Source of the DNA: a virus | Taxonomy: Duplodnaviria; Heunggongvirae; Uroviricota; Caudoviricetes | Virus record (IMG/VR): IMGVR_UViG_2974695582_000001 | Coordinates: 46,918 to 110,917 of that record | DNA: 64,000 nt | Direction: 5' to 3' (one strand) | Part shown: positions 52,664-61,323 of the stretch, one piece after another | How positions within the stretch are numbered: the stretch's first letter is position 1 | Layout: each line of letters starts with the position of its first letter | The notes under the pieces: model-generated | The model's input: only the letters and a program-made list of their open reading frames with translations | Database searches by the model: none | What the model was told of the DNA's origin: nothing | Position numbers and translations under genes: made by a program

Positions 52664-52705
52664 TACAGTTGGGGCGAAAGCCCCAAGCTTTCGTAAAGGA
52701 GGACA

Positions 52706-53017
52706 TTGATGAATGTGCTGATTGGTCTTGCGATTCTGGCTGTCATCCTGTACAGTTATGAACGCAACCGAGGAGTCCAGGCGGCTCGAAAGTCTCGCGA
52801 GAGGTTGGAAGCTCTGAAGAAGGGTGAGAATTATGGCCGGTGGTTTACCATCGCTAGCTCCCTTGACTCAGACCGAGTGTACTATGGTAAGGTAATCAGG
52901 TGGGAAGTTCCTGAAGACCCTAATGATGTTGCCGAACTGTACTGCGTAGAAGGTTCTAACCCTGATGGCTGGACTCCTTCGTTTGTTTGGCCGAAGGATG
53001 ACCTTATTCTTCAGTAG
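52706..53017 (+). CDS. hypothetical membrane-anchored protein
   Basis: 103 aa after AAAGGAGG. Confidence 0.45.
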   Translation: MMNVLIGLAILAVILYSYERNRGVQAARKSRERLEALKKGENYGRWFTIASSLDSDRVYYGKVIRWEVPEDPNDVAELYCVEGSNPDGWTPSFVWPKDDLILQ

Positions 53018-53058
53018 TATCTCTGCCCGAAAGGGCAAGCTTTCAAAAAGGAGGAAGT

Positions 53059-53259
53059 ATGATTGCGCTTCTCATGACTATTTATCTCATCGGATTCCTT
53101 GGCATGGCAGGCTTTATTCTGTTCGCCTTGGGTGTTGGTGCGATGTTCGGTAGTTTTCCCACATCAGATGTTTGGAAGGCTTTCGCTTATGCTTCCGTCT
53201 GGCCAGTTCTTATTGTGTGGGGTTTTTGCAATTTCGTTATTTACAAGATTAGGAACTAA
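53059..53259 (+). CDS. hypothetical membrane protein
   Basis: 66 aa after AAAGGAGG. Confidence 0.45.
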   Translation: MIALLMTIYLIGFLGMAGFILFALGVGAMFGSFPTSDVWKAFAYASVWPVLIVWGFCNFVIYKIRN

Positions 53260-53874
53260 ATGGATTTCAATCAACTGCGTGAAATGATTCCTCTTGCAAC
53301 TGGAGAGAAACTTCACGTAATGGAAATGAAGCCATATCCAAACATTACCCTCGCTATGCCGGGTAGGCATCAGAATGATACTACTCCAATTGGCGGGGAT
53401 TTTGTTGTTATGGTGGACGATGATTCAATGGGTTGGGTCAGGCATCAGTTCACTCACGGTGACCTTTGGGATGACCTTGAAAAGAAGATGCAAACGGACC
53501 TTGAAGGTGCTACAGTGCTTATGCGGGACTACGCAAAGGTGGTTCGTGGCTCTGACCCTGTAATGCCTGGTTGGGATTTTCAGCGGGGTGGTTATGATGG
53601 AGAGGGCTCAGACCCTTGGGAAACTACCATGCATCCTCAGACTTTTCTCTACGCAGTTCAGTGTCTTGCTGTAGCTGAGCATCGTCGGTACTGGCAGCAT
53701 GAGTGTCAGGGTGGTGGAAGGTACTTGCCAGCACGGTTCTCTATGGGTATCATAGAACGCAAGTGGACAGCAGCAGACGCTAAGTCTTATCAGTATCGTG
53801 GTCGTCAAGGTCTTGAGAATCTGATTAAGGAGAAGGGTCGTCCTACGCCACTTAAGAAGTTTGCTGAGTCGTAA
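53260..53874 (+). CDS. hypothetical protein
   Basis: 204-aa ORF. Confidence 0.5.
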   Translation: MDFNQLREMIPLATGEKLHVMEMKPYPNITLAMPGRHQNDTTPIGGDFVVMVDDDSMGWVRHQFTHGDLWDDLEKKMQTDLEGATVLMRDYAKVVRGSDPVMPGWDFQRGGYDGEGSDPWETTMHPQTFLYAVQCLAVAEHRRYWQHECQGGGRYLPARFSMGIIERKWTAADAKSYQYRGRQGLENLIKEKGRPTPLKKFAES

Positions 53875-53931
53875 AACCCGGCAAAATTTGGGGGCCTTTC
53901 GTAAAGGCTCTCAAGCTTGTATACTAGACCT

Positions 53932-54195
53932 ATGAGAGAAATTTGCGAAGAACTAGCGCACTGGTTTTTGGTGCATGACTATAAATGGAAGTTTGATTAT
54001 GGCCACGGAAATCCGGATGCGGATGACATTGAGGCTGTAGTTAACCGAGCAATGCAATTGCTGAGTGTTGAAGATACTGATACCAGACTTGAAGTTGGTC
54101 GTCTTATCTTCATGAAGAATGCTGAGCTGGGTTTGGTAGACATCTTTGTCCACGCTGGAACAATTGGAGAAAATGATGAAGACAGCAACGTTTGA
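53932..54195 (+). CDS. hypothetical protein
   Basis: 87 aa. Confidence 0.4.
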   Translation: MREICEELAHWFLVHDYKWKFDYGHGNPDADDIEAVVNRAMQLLSVEDTDTRLEVGRLIFMKNAELGLVDIFVHAGTIGENDEDSNV

Positions 54196-54598
54196 TTACA
54201 CTGAGATGGCCGTAGTTGACAGCAGCTTTATTGACGCTGTTTACTACAACGACAAGACGAGTGAACTTGCGGTAAGTATGCTTAACGGAGACACGCATTT
54301 CTATGGCGCTGTCCCCGCCCGCACCTTCTACAGCCTTGTTGATGGTCCATCCGCTGGTGCTGCTTACAACCGTGAGGTTAAGGACCAGTTCACGAACCTT
54401 GGCAACGGGCCAGTTCATGAGGTACAGTTTATTTCATACGAGCCTGGCGTTAACAAGCGCTTCCAGGTTCATGCTACAGTAAAGTATCAGCAGTTCTTTG
54501 ACGCTGAGACTGCTGCGGACGCTGCCAAGCAGATGGAGAAGTACATGGCTCCAAACTATGGTAACGTATCAATCACGGAGGTAAAGGAAATTGGGTGA
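54173..54598 (+). CDS. KTSC-domain protein
   Basis: SSFIDAVYYNDKTSELAVSMLNGDTHFYGAVPARTFYSLVDGPSAGAAYN matches the KTSC (lysyl-tRNA synthetase C-terminal-like) signature. Confidence 0.55.
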   Translation: MMKTATFDYTEMAVVDSSFIDAVYYNDKTSELAVSMLNGDTHFYGAVPARTFYSLVDGPSAGAAYNREVKDQFTNLGNGPVHEVQFISYEPGVNKRFQVHATVKYQQFFDAETAADAAKQMEKYMAPNYGNVSITEVKEIG

Positions 54599-54902
54599 CG
54601 TTCGTAAGGTCCGTACACTAACGGAACTTCACGAAATTATGAACAACCATGATAAGGTTGTTCTTGACTTGGCTGCACCTTCTTGGTGTGTTCCTTGTCA
54701 GAGACTTTCCCCGCATTTTAAGAAGGCTGCGGAAAAGTCGGACGCTGCTTTTGTTGAGGTAGATATTGAGGATGCTGAAGAGGATATTCTCAACACCTAT
54801 CCAACTCAGTCGGTTCCTACGGTTCTCCTCTTGCAGAAGGGTGAACCAACGGTTACACTGAAGGGACGAACTTCGGTCGCACTGCTTAAGGAGATTGCAT
54901 AA
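54591..54902 (+). CDS. thioredoxin
   Basis: WCVPC active site in a roughly 100-aa thioredoxin-fold context. Confidence 0.8.
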   Translation: MGDVRKVRTLTELHEIMNNHDKVVLDLAAPSWCVPCQRLSPHFKKAAEKSDAAFVEVDIEDAEEDILNTYPTQSVPTVLLLQKGEPTVTLKGRTSVALLKEIA

Positions 54903-54954
54903 TCTCGGCGGGTATCGTAAGGTACCCGCAAGCTTCCAACAAAGGAGAAATGAC

Positions 54955-55134
54955 ATGACCGCTCAGGACCTTGGTGCTACTCCTCAGCAGCTCATTAATA
55001 AGGCTGAAGGAATGCTCAATCAGATTTCGGAATATCCCACAGAGCGTGATGAGCCTCGAATTATTAAGGCTCGTGCTCTTATCGAACTGGCTCAAGCTAA
55101 GATTGCTCTAAAGGAATTCCACAGGGCTCGATAA
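54955..55134 (+). CDS. hypothetical small protein
   Basis: 59 aa after AAAGGAGAAA. Confidence 0.4.
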   Translation: MTAQDLGATPQQLINKAEGMLNQISEYPTERDEPRIIKARALIELAQAKIALKEFHRAR

Positions 55135-55191
55135 AGAGCCGGGCCGAAAGGCCCAAGCTTCCTACCAACTAAACAGAAAAGGATTAGGAAA

Positions 55192-55428
55192 ATGGTTGAG
55201 ATTACCGCTGAGCAGGAGAAGCAGAGCCGGGATTTCGTTAAGGCTGCGACTCTCCTTGCCGTTCATGTTCACGCTGTGAATGAGGCAATTGCTCTTAACG
55301 ATATGGACCTTCTTAAGGGCAGTGTTGAGTTTGGCACTGAGTTCTCTCAGAAGATTCTTGCTCAGGTTCCTGAGGACATTCAGATGGAAGTTATGCTCGA
55401 AGTTCTCGCGGGTGCGATGGGTCTCTGA
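55192..55428 (+). CDS. hypothetical protein
   Basis: 78-aa ORF after AGGAAA. Confidence 0.45.
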   Translation: MVEITAEQEKQSRDFVKAATLLAVHVHAVNEAIALNDMDLLKGSVEFGTEFSQKILAQVPEDIQMEVMLEVLAGAMGL

Positions 55429-55485
55429 TGTACAATTAGGCTAGGGGAGAAATCCCCTAGCTTTTTTGTATTGGAGGAAGCTTGT

Positions 55486-55710
55486 ATGTCCATTGAATCA
55501 TGGGAGAATGAAGGAGGTTTTATCCAGATGACTCATTCATACATTGATGGAATGGGTTTTGAAGAGATGCACGAGGGTAGCCAGCAAGATTGTCTAACTA
55601 AGCAGTGTCGTAGGGAGCGACGGTATTACCGCAGCATCCCGTCAATCGACCCGTGGCCCGAGGGTTCAGGACCCTACGGAACTGACCCGTGGATGCAGGA
55701 AGGTATCTGA
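55486..55710 (+). CDS. hypothetical protein
   Basis: ATG after GGAGGAAG. 74 aa. Confidence 0.4.
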   Translation: MSIESWENEGGFIQMTHSYIDGMGFEEMHEGSQQDCLTKQCRRERRYYRSIPSIDPWPEGSGPYGTDPWMQEGI

Positions 55711-55714
55711 GAAA

Positions 55715-56209
55715 ATGCATGTCGTACCTAAATTTGAAGGTGACCATAGATTCCTCAGCAACTTTTACCACGCGCCTACACGTTTTGTTTTGGCCGATGA
55801 CATCATAGTCATGCCGACTGGCGAACACGCTTTCCAGGCTGCCAAGTGCAACGCGATGCTTGACAAGTCGGAAAAGTTGGAGTACGTTCGTCGTGTTGCA
55901 ACTGCTGAAACTCCCGGCATCGCCAAGCAGGAAGGGCAGAAGGTCAAGATTGACCTTGACCATTGGGAGTCGGTTCGTGTAGATTGTATGCGTGAAGTTG
56001 TCTTCCAAAAGTTCTTGCAGCATCCTGACTTAAGAACACAGCTTCTTAAAACAGGCGATGCTATGCTTGTGGAAGGAAATACCTGGGGTGATAAATTCTG
56101 GGGAAGAGTAGATGGCAAGGGTTTTAATAAGCTCGGTGTCATTTTGATGGAAGTGCGTGGATACTGGCTTTGGCAGACACGCAGAAATAGCCCGGAGATG
56201 GGGTCATGA
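55715..56209 (+). CDS. NADAR-domain protein (YbiA-like; putative ADP-ribose processing / DNA-ADP-ribose glycohydrolase)
   Basis: FLSNFY, EHAFQAAK, W..VR...M, LLKTGDAMLVE, DKFWGRVDGKGFNKLGVILMEVR: canonical NADAR/DUF1768 signature. Confidence 0.8.
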   Translation: MHVVPKFEGDHRFLSNFYHAPTRFVLADDIIVMPTGEHAFQAAKCNAMLDKSEKLEYVRRVATAETPGIAKQEGQKVKIDLDHWESVRVDCMREVVFQKFLQHPDLRTQLLKTGDAMLVEGNTWGDKFWGRVDGKGFNKLGVILMEVRGYWLWQTRRNSPEMGS

Positions 56210-56367
56210 GCGACAGACAACCTAATTTTGCTGTGCGAGATGAAGTAGTGTATCTGGGAATGCTTGGTATTGTAAGACGAGTTCTTCTTGGCAAGAATAT
56301 CAGATACGTTGTGGAATTTGAGCATGGCAGACAGACAATTCCCGAAGGAAAGTTGAAGAGGGCATGA
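56206..56367 (+). CDS. hypothetical small protein
   Basis: 53 aa. ATGA overlap. Confidence 0.35.
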   Translation: MSDRQPNFAVRDEVVYLGMLGIVRRVLLGKNIRYVVEFEHGRQTIPEGKLKRA

Positions 56368-56489
56368 GTCAGAGGTATCGTAAGGCTCAGCGTCTTATTG
56401 CATCCCGCCGTTATTTTCGGCGGGTTCGTAATAGATGGCGCAAATATGGATGTTCGTGTGGAAAGCACAACATGAGAGGCAATAAGTAA
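56364..56489 (+). CDS. hypothetical small basic Cys-containing peptide
   Basis: 41 aa. ATGA overlap. Confidence 0.25.
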   Translation: MSQRYRKAQRLIASRRYFRRVRNRWRKYGCSCGKHNMRGNK

Positions 56490-56491
56490 AT

Positions 56492-56650
56492 ATGGAACCG
56501 AAATACAAGGTCGGGCAAAGAGTAAAGTATGACAATCGAACAGGCATCATTCGTAAGGTCTGGACTACAGACCCCAATGAGACTAAGTATACTGTTGACT
56601 TTTTGCCTGGTAAGCACATTCTGAAGGAAACTCAGATTACAAAGGCTTAA
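56492..56650 (+). CDS. hypothetical small protein (KOW-like)
   Basis: 52-aa ORF. Confidence 0.35.
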   Translation: MEPKYKVGQRVKYDNRTGIIRKVWTTDPNETKYTVDFLPGKHILKETQITKA

Positions 56651-56668
56651 AAATCTTGTTGGGAGGGG

Positions 56669-56697
56669 TTGACAACTTCTCCCAAGCTCGTTAAACT
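56669..56697 (+). promoter_or_regulatory. promoter TTGACA-N17-TAAACT
   Basis: Lies within a gggaggGGTTGACAACTTctccc hairpin context. Confidence 0.45.
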
Positions 56698-56773
56698 AGA
56701 AAAAGAATAAATAATTAATAGCAAAGAGAAGAATATCTAATAACTAAACAATTAGGATAACTGGGGATAAATA

Positions 56774-56962
56774 ATGAGTCTATCAGTAATCGTGATTCTG
56801 GCTATTGCTCTTGTCATCTTCATCACCAAGGACGGAATGAATAAGATTCATGCGTTCATCGCTGTTCTTTTTGGTGTATATCTTGGTGGAACAGAATGGG
56901 GTGGCAACCTTAAGGGTTGGACAGACAGTTTTGCGGAAATGATTTCTCAGATTCAATTCTGA
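56774..56962 (+). CDS. hypothetical membrane protein
   Basis: 62 aa with two TM helices. Confidence 0.45.
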   Translation: MSLSVIVILAIALVIFITKDGMNKIHAFIAVLFGVYLGGTEWGGNLKGWTDSFAEMISQIQF

Positions 56963-57037
56963 GAAAATTATGGCAGATTTTCGGGAGGGTTCGTAAAGGA
57001 CCCTCCTAAGCTTTTGTACCTAACAAAGGATAATAAC

Positions 57038-57286
57038 ATGAATGAAACTGTTACTCTCGACAAGGAATTGGTTGTCGATATGTTTTCCGCTCTCCTTGCA
57101 ACTAAGTCTTTGCTTGAGTCTATCTTTGCAGGAGAAAGGCCCGGCCCTGAGCTTGGTCAGGCTGTGGTAAACACGATTCAGCAGGCTCTTGACAGCACCC
57201 CTGAGGATGTGAGAGGGTTGGTCATCGAAGCAATCGTCAAGAACATCGGTAGTGACAACCTGCTTGAAACTGTTGAGCCTGAGTGA
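57038..57286 (+). CDS. hypothetical protein
   Basis: ATG after AAAGGA. 82 aa. Confidence 0.45.
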   Translation: MNETVTLDKELVVDMFSALLATKSLLESIFAGERPGPELGQAVVNTIQQALDSTPEDVRGLVIEAIVKNIGSDNLLETVEPE

Positions 57287-57335
57287 TACAGTTGGCCTTC
57301 GGGCCAAGCTTCCAATTAGGAAAAGGAGAGATAAG

Positions 57336-57983
57336 ATGCGTGAGTATTCAAAGACCGATAACCTTTACAAGCGCAACCCGAAGAAGAAGTCTGAGCTGCT
57401 TGTTGGAGAGTACACCCGTCCTGAGTTCGCTCTTATCAATTCTTGGTGGGTTACTGAGAAGGTTGACGGTACCAACGTACGTCTTTGGTTTGACAAGGAC
57501 GAGAACACCAATTATGGTGGTCGCACAGACAATGCACAGTTCAGCCCGGTTCAGCAAGAGTTTATGTCTAACCTTGTTGATTCTATCAAGGAGGATGCGG
57601 TAAGTCTTATTCATCGTCATGGATTGAATGAGCTGCTTATCTTCGGTGAGCTTTATGGACCGAAGATTCTTTCTGGCGGGAATTATTCTGACAGTCTAGA
57701 CTTTCGAGCGTTTGACATGATGGTCAATAACCGGGTATGGTTGAATCCTGATTCGGTGAACCAGAATGCGTCAGACCTTGGTCTGAAGATGGTTCCTAAT
57801 TTTGGAATGATGACCACTGCTCAGATTTTCTTGATGGTTGCGGGTGGCTTTAAGTCCACCTTTGCGAAGAACCCTGAGTTTGATGCTGAGGGTGTAATTG
57901 CTCAACCTCCAGTTAATCTTTATGACCAGCGTGGTGAGCGTGTTAAGTTCAAGTTGAAGACAAAGGATTTGAGGCACGTCTAA
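57336..57983 (+). CDS. RNA ligase Rnl2-like nucleotidyltransferase domain protein
   Basis: N-terminal YSKTDNLY...WVTEKVDGTNVRLWF parallels T4 Rnl2 YSSLENHY...REKIHGTNFSL, with a KxDG motif I. 215 aa (no C-terminal domain). Confidence 0.5.
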   Translation: MREYSKTDNLYKRNPKKKSELLVGEYTRPEFALINSWWVTEKVDGTNVRLWFDKDENTNYGGRTDNAQFSPVQQEFMSNLVDSIKEDAVSLIHRHGLNELLIFGELYGPKILSGGNYSDSLDFRAFDMMVNNRVWLNPDSVNQNASDLGLKMVPNFGMMTTAQIFLMVAGGFKSTFAKNPEFDAEGVIAQPPVNLYDQRGERVKFKLKTKDLRHV

Positions 57984-58031
57984 GGTCTTAATGCCCCGAA
58001 AGGGGCAAGCTTCCCAACTGATGGAGAGATA

Positions 58032-58304
58032 ATGAATTACATTCAGGAAATGCTTGATGAGCTTTCCGAAACTTTGCCGGGTCTGCCTGATGAGCTTCTT
58101 GACCTCTACGCTTTGCTTGTGGCTGTCAAGGGTGATAAGGTGACTCTGAAGGATGTGCATGAGGCTTGGGCCATCTGGAAGAATCGTATTCGACCCGACC
58201 ATAAGTCACTCATTCCATTTGATGAGCTGACTTTTGAAGTGCAAGAGCTTGACCGTAAGTATGCTGATGGAATCGCAAAGGTGAGTGAGAATTACAATGG
58301 CTGA
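58032..58304 (+). CDS. hypothetical protein
   Basis: 90-aa ORF. Confidence 0.45.
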   Translation: MNYIQEMLDELSETLPGLPDELLDLYALLVAVKGDKVTLKDVHEAWAIWKNRIRPDHKSLIPFDELTFEVQELDRKYADGIAKVSENYNG

Positions 58305-58503
58305 GATGCCCGAAGAGATGAAGAATCTCGGTGTTCTTATCGCAGTATCCAAGATTATTGAGGTCTTCAGTGACCTTGTTCAGGCTGCTGACAAGGCTAG
58401 CCCTGAAATTAAGGCTTTCGTAAAGCCGTTCGAGAATGAAGTTGACAAGACTGCAAAGGCTCTTGAGTCTCTGTTTGGCAAGGATTTTCTCGAAGGTAAG
58501 TGA
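58285..58503 (+). CDS. hypothetical protein
   Basis: 72-aa ORF. Confidence 0.4.
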   Translation: MRITMAEMPEEMKNLGVLIAVSKIIEVFSDLVQAADKASPEIKAFVKPFENEVDKTAKALESLFGKDFLEGK

Positions 58504-58547
58504 AATTCTGGCGGGTTCGTAAGAGCCTGCCAAGCTTAGGAGGAATC

Positions 58548-58751
58548 ATGGAATCTAACTATAAGTATGAGATTACCGTAATGGAATCTGAAAGGGGTTG
58601 GGGTCGGAATTCTTGGACAGAAGAATTCGATACCCCAGAAAAGGCACAGGAACGCATTGATGAAATCAATGGTCGTAATAAGCCTGGTCCTGCCCCTGAC
58701 TATTACATGCAGGCGTATGCAGAGATTCGTGCCGTCCTGAAGACAGCTTGA
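58548..58751 (+). CDS. hypothetical protein
   Basis: ATG after AGGAGGAA. 67 aa. Confidence 0.45.
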   Translation: MESNYKYEITVMESERGWGRNSWTEEFDTPEKAQERIDEINGRNKPGPAPDYYMQAYAEIRAVLKTA

Positions 58752-58776
58752 CACAACCATGGAAGGTTGGTAGTAT
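58748..58776 (+). promoter_or_regulatory. promoter TTGACA-N17-TAGTAT, leaderless onto the next ORF
   Basis: The ATG at 58784 is 8 nt after the -10 element. Confidence 0.45.
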
Positions 58777-58783
58777 CTGAATC

Positions 58784-58963
58784 ATGAGATACGAAGTGAA
58801 AGAAGAGGTTACAAAGGATGGCCGAAAGGCAATAGTCAATTGGGTCATCTGGGATAACATCGAAGGACGCGTTTTTGCCCGGTTTAAGGACAAGGAGACG
58901 CCTGACAGCATCCTTGCAAAGTGGTATGCTGCTCAAGAGGCAGCCGAAGCAAAGGGAGAGTAA
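58784..58963 (+). CDS. hypothetical small protein (probably leaderless)
   Basis: 59-aa ORF. Confidence 0.4.
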   Translation: MRYEVKEEVTKDGRKAIVNWVIWDNIEGRVFARFKDKETPDSILAKWYAAQEAAEAKGE

Positions 58964-58966
58964 AGC

Positions 58967-59347
58967 ATGATTGAGTACAACACTACATGTAATGTAAACG
59001 GAACTAACATTCTTTGTGATTTGAAGTATGACAAGGCGAATCCGGCCGAAGTCAGCTTTACATTCCATGTTAACGAGAACTCTCCCGAATGGGTCTTTTC
59101 CAGGGACCTTCTTGGTGAGGTAATGTCTAGTCGTGGTAAGGCTGGTCAGGGTGACGTTCTTCTTTATGACCACGGTGACGCAGTTAGCTTGCTTTTGCGT
59201 TCACCTGAGGGAAAGGGTCTCGCTATTTTCCAGCGAGAGGTCATTAAGGAATTCGTTGATGAGATGTACAATGAAGTTCCAAAGCATGATGATGTCCTTC
59301 CTCTCGATGATGACAGCTTGCAGGAATGGCTAGAGGGTTTGGTTTAA
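58967..59347 (+). CDS. hypothetical protein
   Basis: 126-aa ORF. Confidence 0.5.
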   Translation: MIEYNTTCNVNGTNILCDLKYDKANPAEVSFTFHVNENSPEWVFSRDLLGEVMSSRGKAGQGDVLLYDHGDAVSLLLRSPEGKGLAIFQREVIKEFVDEMYNEVPKHDDVLPLDDDSLQEWLEGLV

Positions 59348-59365
59348 TAAGCTCTTGGGGGTACA

Positions 59366-59551
59366 ATGAACTCAGGAGGAAATATGTATCTGGATTTCAG
59401 CATGAACCCCGGCCTAGATGTTTGGCTAGGCATTCGTCCACCTGAGTGGGACGAAGATGATTTCGATGATTGGGAGGACGAAGAGTTCAAAGTAAACCAG
59501 AAGCGTCGAATCATTCGGATTCGGAAGTCAAATTTCCGGCGAGAATTTTAG
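59366..59551 (+). CDS. hypothetical acidic protein
   Basis: 61-aa ORF. Confidence 0.4.
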   Translation: MNSGGNMYLDFSMNPGLDVWLGIRPPEWDEDDFDDWEDEEFKVNQKRRIIRIRKSNFRREF

Positions 59552-59613
59552 AGGGTTCGTAAAGGACTCTTTTGCCCCTTCGGGGGCAAGCTTACTAGGG
59601 TTGAGGTGAAGGG

Positions 59614-59642
59614 TTGACAACAGGTCCCCGCTCCCCTAGAGT
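59614..59642 (+). promoter_or_regulatory. promoter TTGACA-N17-TAGAGT
   Basis: Streptomyces-type -10 TAGAGT. Confidence 0.45.
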
Positions 59643-59657
59643 ATGTGAGGTAGGCGC

Positions 59658-59843
59658 ATGAAGATTGAAGAGGGAGACTACCGTTTCAAGGATGGTGTGG
59701 ACATGCGCATCGTCGGGTTTGAGCGGCGGGTCTTGACAACCTACGTAAAGTTTGTTCCACTACATAACGGCAAGGTGTGCGGTCCAGTACGGGTCATCAC
59801 TCTTGAGTACGCGAGAGAGCGACTGGAGAGGTTGACAGGCTAG
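59658..59843 (+). CDS. hypothetical protein
   Basis: 61-aa ORF. Confidence 0.4.
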   Translation: MKIEEGDYRFKDGVDMRIVGFERRVLTTYVKFVPLHNGKVCGPVRVITLEYARERLERLTG

Positions 59844-59892
59844 ACAGACTCAGGTAAGGTAGTAACCACAACGACAGCCAAGGAGGCAAAAA

Positions 59893-60243
59893 ATGAAGGT
59901 TTCGACTCGCGTTTCTCGCAACGGTGGCATCTCCATTAAGAAGCTTGGCCGTGACAATCAGTCGCACAAGGCTGGTACGGTGGTCATGCGTAACGTGCGC
60001 TTCAACGGCTCCATCCTGGGTGACCTGATTGAGGAGTCCAAGAACCGCTACGTGCCTCGCGTCAAGTCCAGCGTTGGTTTCTCTTCTGATGGTGACCTGG
60101 TGGTTACTCAGGGTATCTCTGACTGGGGTCAGGCTCGTTACATCAAGTCTCTTGGTGGTTACTACAACATCAAGAACGGTCAGCGTGTCGAGTCTGCTGC
60201 TTACGTCTACATCGTTGGCTCCAAGATTTACTACACCAACTGA
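59893..60243 (+). CDS. hypothetical protein
   Basis: 116-aa ORF after AAGGAGG. Confidence 0.5.
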   Translation: MKVSTRVSRNGGISIKKLGRDNQSHKAGTVVMRNVRFNGSILGDLIEESKNRYVPRVKSSVGFSSDGDLVVTQGISDWGQARYIKSLGGYYNIKNGQRVESAAYVYIVGSKIYYTN

Positions 60244-60273
60244 TTGACAGTTCTGGCAAGCATCCTGTAGAGT
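60244..60273 (+). promoter_or_regulatory. promoter TTGACA-N18-TAGAGT
   Basis: Upstream of the Lsr2-like gene. Confidence 0.45.
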
Positions 60274-60302
60274 CTTAACTACCAACCAAGAGGGAGAACA
60301 AA

Positions 60303-60875
60303 ATGACTGAGCGTGAGTACCTGATTTCACTCGGACTGGCCAAGGCTGGTCGTGGCCGATACTCCAAGGATGCCCGTGAGGCTCTGGACAAGGCAAAGGC
60401 TGATGGTATGCAGTTTGACCTTACCCCGGCCGATGTCGCCAAGCTGGAGCGCAAGAACAAGCCTACCCGTAAGGCGGTAGCTGTTGCTCCGAAGGAGTCT
60501 CGTCCGTCTCAGGATTCGTACAACGCTAAGGCGGTTCGGGCATGGGGTGAGCAGACTGGAGCCATCGAAAAGGGCAAGCGTGGTAAGCTGCCTACGGCTC
60601 TCATCAACGCTTACCTTGCAGCGAACAAGTCTGAGCCTGCGAAGAAGGTGGTGCGGGTTTCTGGTAGTCGTCAGAAGGTCCGTGACGTGGCTGTGGGCTA
60701 CACTTACGCTCGTCGTGGCCCGAAGGACCCTGCCTTTGTTTCTGAGCCTCTGGTAGCTGTACAGAGCTGCGGCGGGTGCTCTAAGGGTATCTCGTTCTGT
60801 GGCTGCAAGTCTGGCCCGACTGCCCCGAAGTACCTTGGTGGTGAGGTTCTGCTGTTGACTCGACCGTCTGAGTGA
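60303..60875 (+). CDS. Lsr2-like nucleoid-associated DNA-binding protein (tandem RGR DNA-binding motifs)
   Basis: AKAVRAWGEQTGAIEKGKRGKLPTALINAYLAANK matches the Lsr2 C-terminal AT-hook-like domain (...IREWAR.NG..VS.RGRIP...AY). There is a second AGRGRYS motif near the N-terminus. Confidence 0.65.
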   Translation: MTEREYLISLGLAKAGRGRYSKDAREALDKAKADGMQFDLTPADVAKLERKNKPTRKAVAVAPKESRPSQDSYNAKAVRAWGEQTGAIEKGKRGKLPTALINAYLAANKSEPAKKVVRVSGSRQKVRDVAVGYTYARRGPKDPAFVSEPLVAVQSCGGCSKGISFCGCKSGPTAPKYLGGEVLLLTRPSE

Positions 60876-60884
60876 TGTACAGTA

Positions 60885-61256
60885 GTGGTCAGTGGGGGAG
60901 AGAAAAGCTCTCCCCCCAACCTAAGGAGATTTATGTACGACTCTTCAGCACGTCGTCGCGGTGAGGATACTGGCGTTCGTCTTGCCAATTCAAATCACCG
61001 GGCAGACCGACTTTATCGCGCGGTGGCCAATAAGCTGCTTGACGCTATGGAAAACTACACTTTCAATGTCCAGACGTTCGCTAATTTCCTGGTAAAGACT
61101 TCTCCTGATGTCATTAAGCACCGACTTATGCAGTTCGCACTCGCTATTGCAGATGCAAATGCTGATGAGTACATGGGCGGTAACATGACTGATGGACCTA
61201 TCAATGGTATGCGTGTGAAGGAAGCTGTAGAAGTGTACAACCTTCCCAGGGGTTGA
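60885..61256 (+). CDS. hypothetical protein
   Basis: 123-aa ORF. Confidence 0.45.
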   Translation: MVSGGEKSSPPNLRRFMYDSSARRRGEDTGVRLANSNHRADRLYRAVANKLLDAMENYTFNVQTFANFLVKTSPDVIKHRLMQFALAIADANADEYMGGNMTDGPINGMRVKEAVEVYNLPRG

Positions 61257-61282
61257 CAGAAGCTTCTCCAGCCTGCTAGTCT
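61253..61282 (+). promoter_or_regulatory. promoter TTGACA-N18-TAGTCT
   Basis: Upstream of the DUF932-like gene. Confidence 0.35.
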
Positions 61283-61323
61283 TTAGACATCGAGCAAGAC
61301 ACACCAACTAAGGAGACGTAAGA

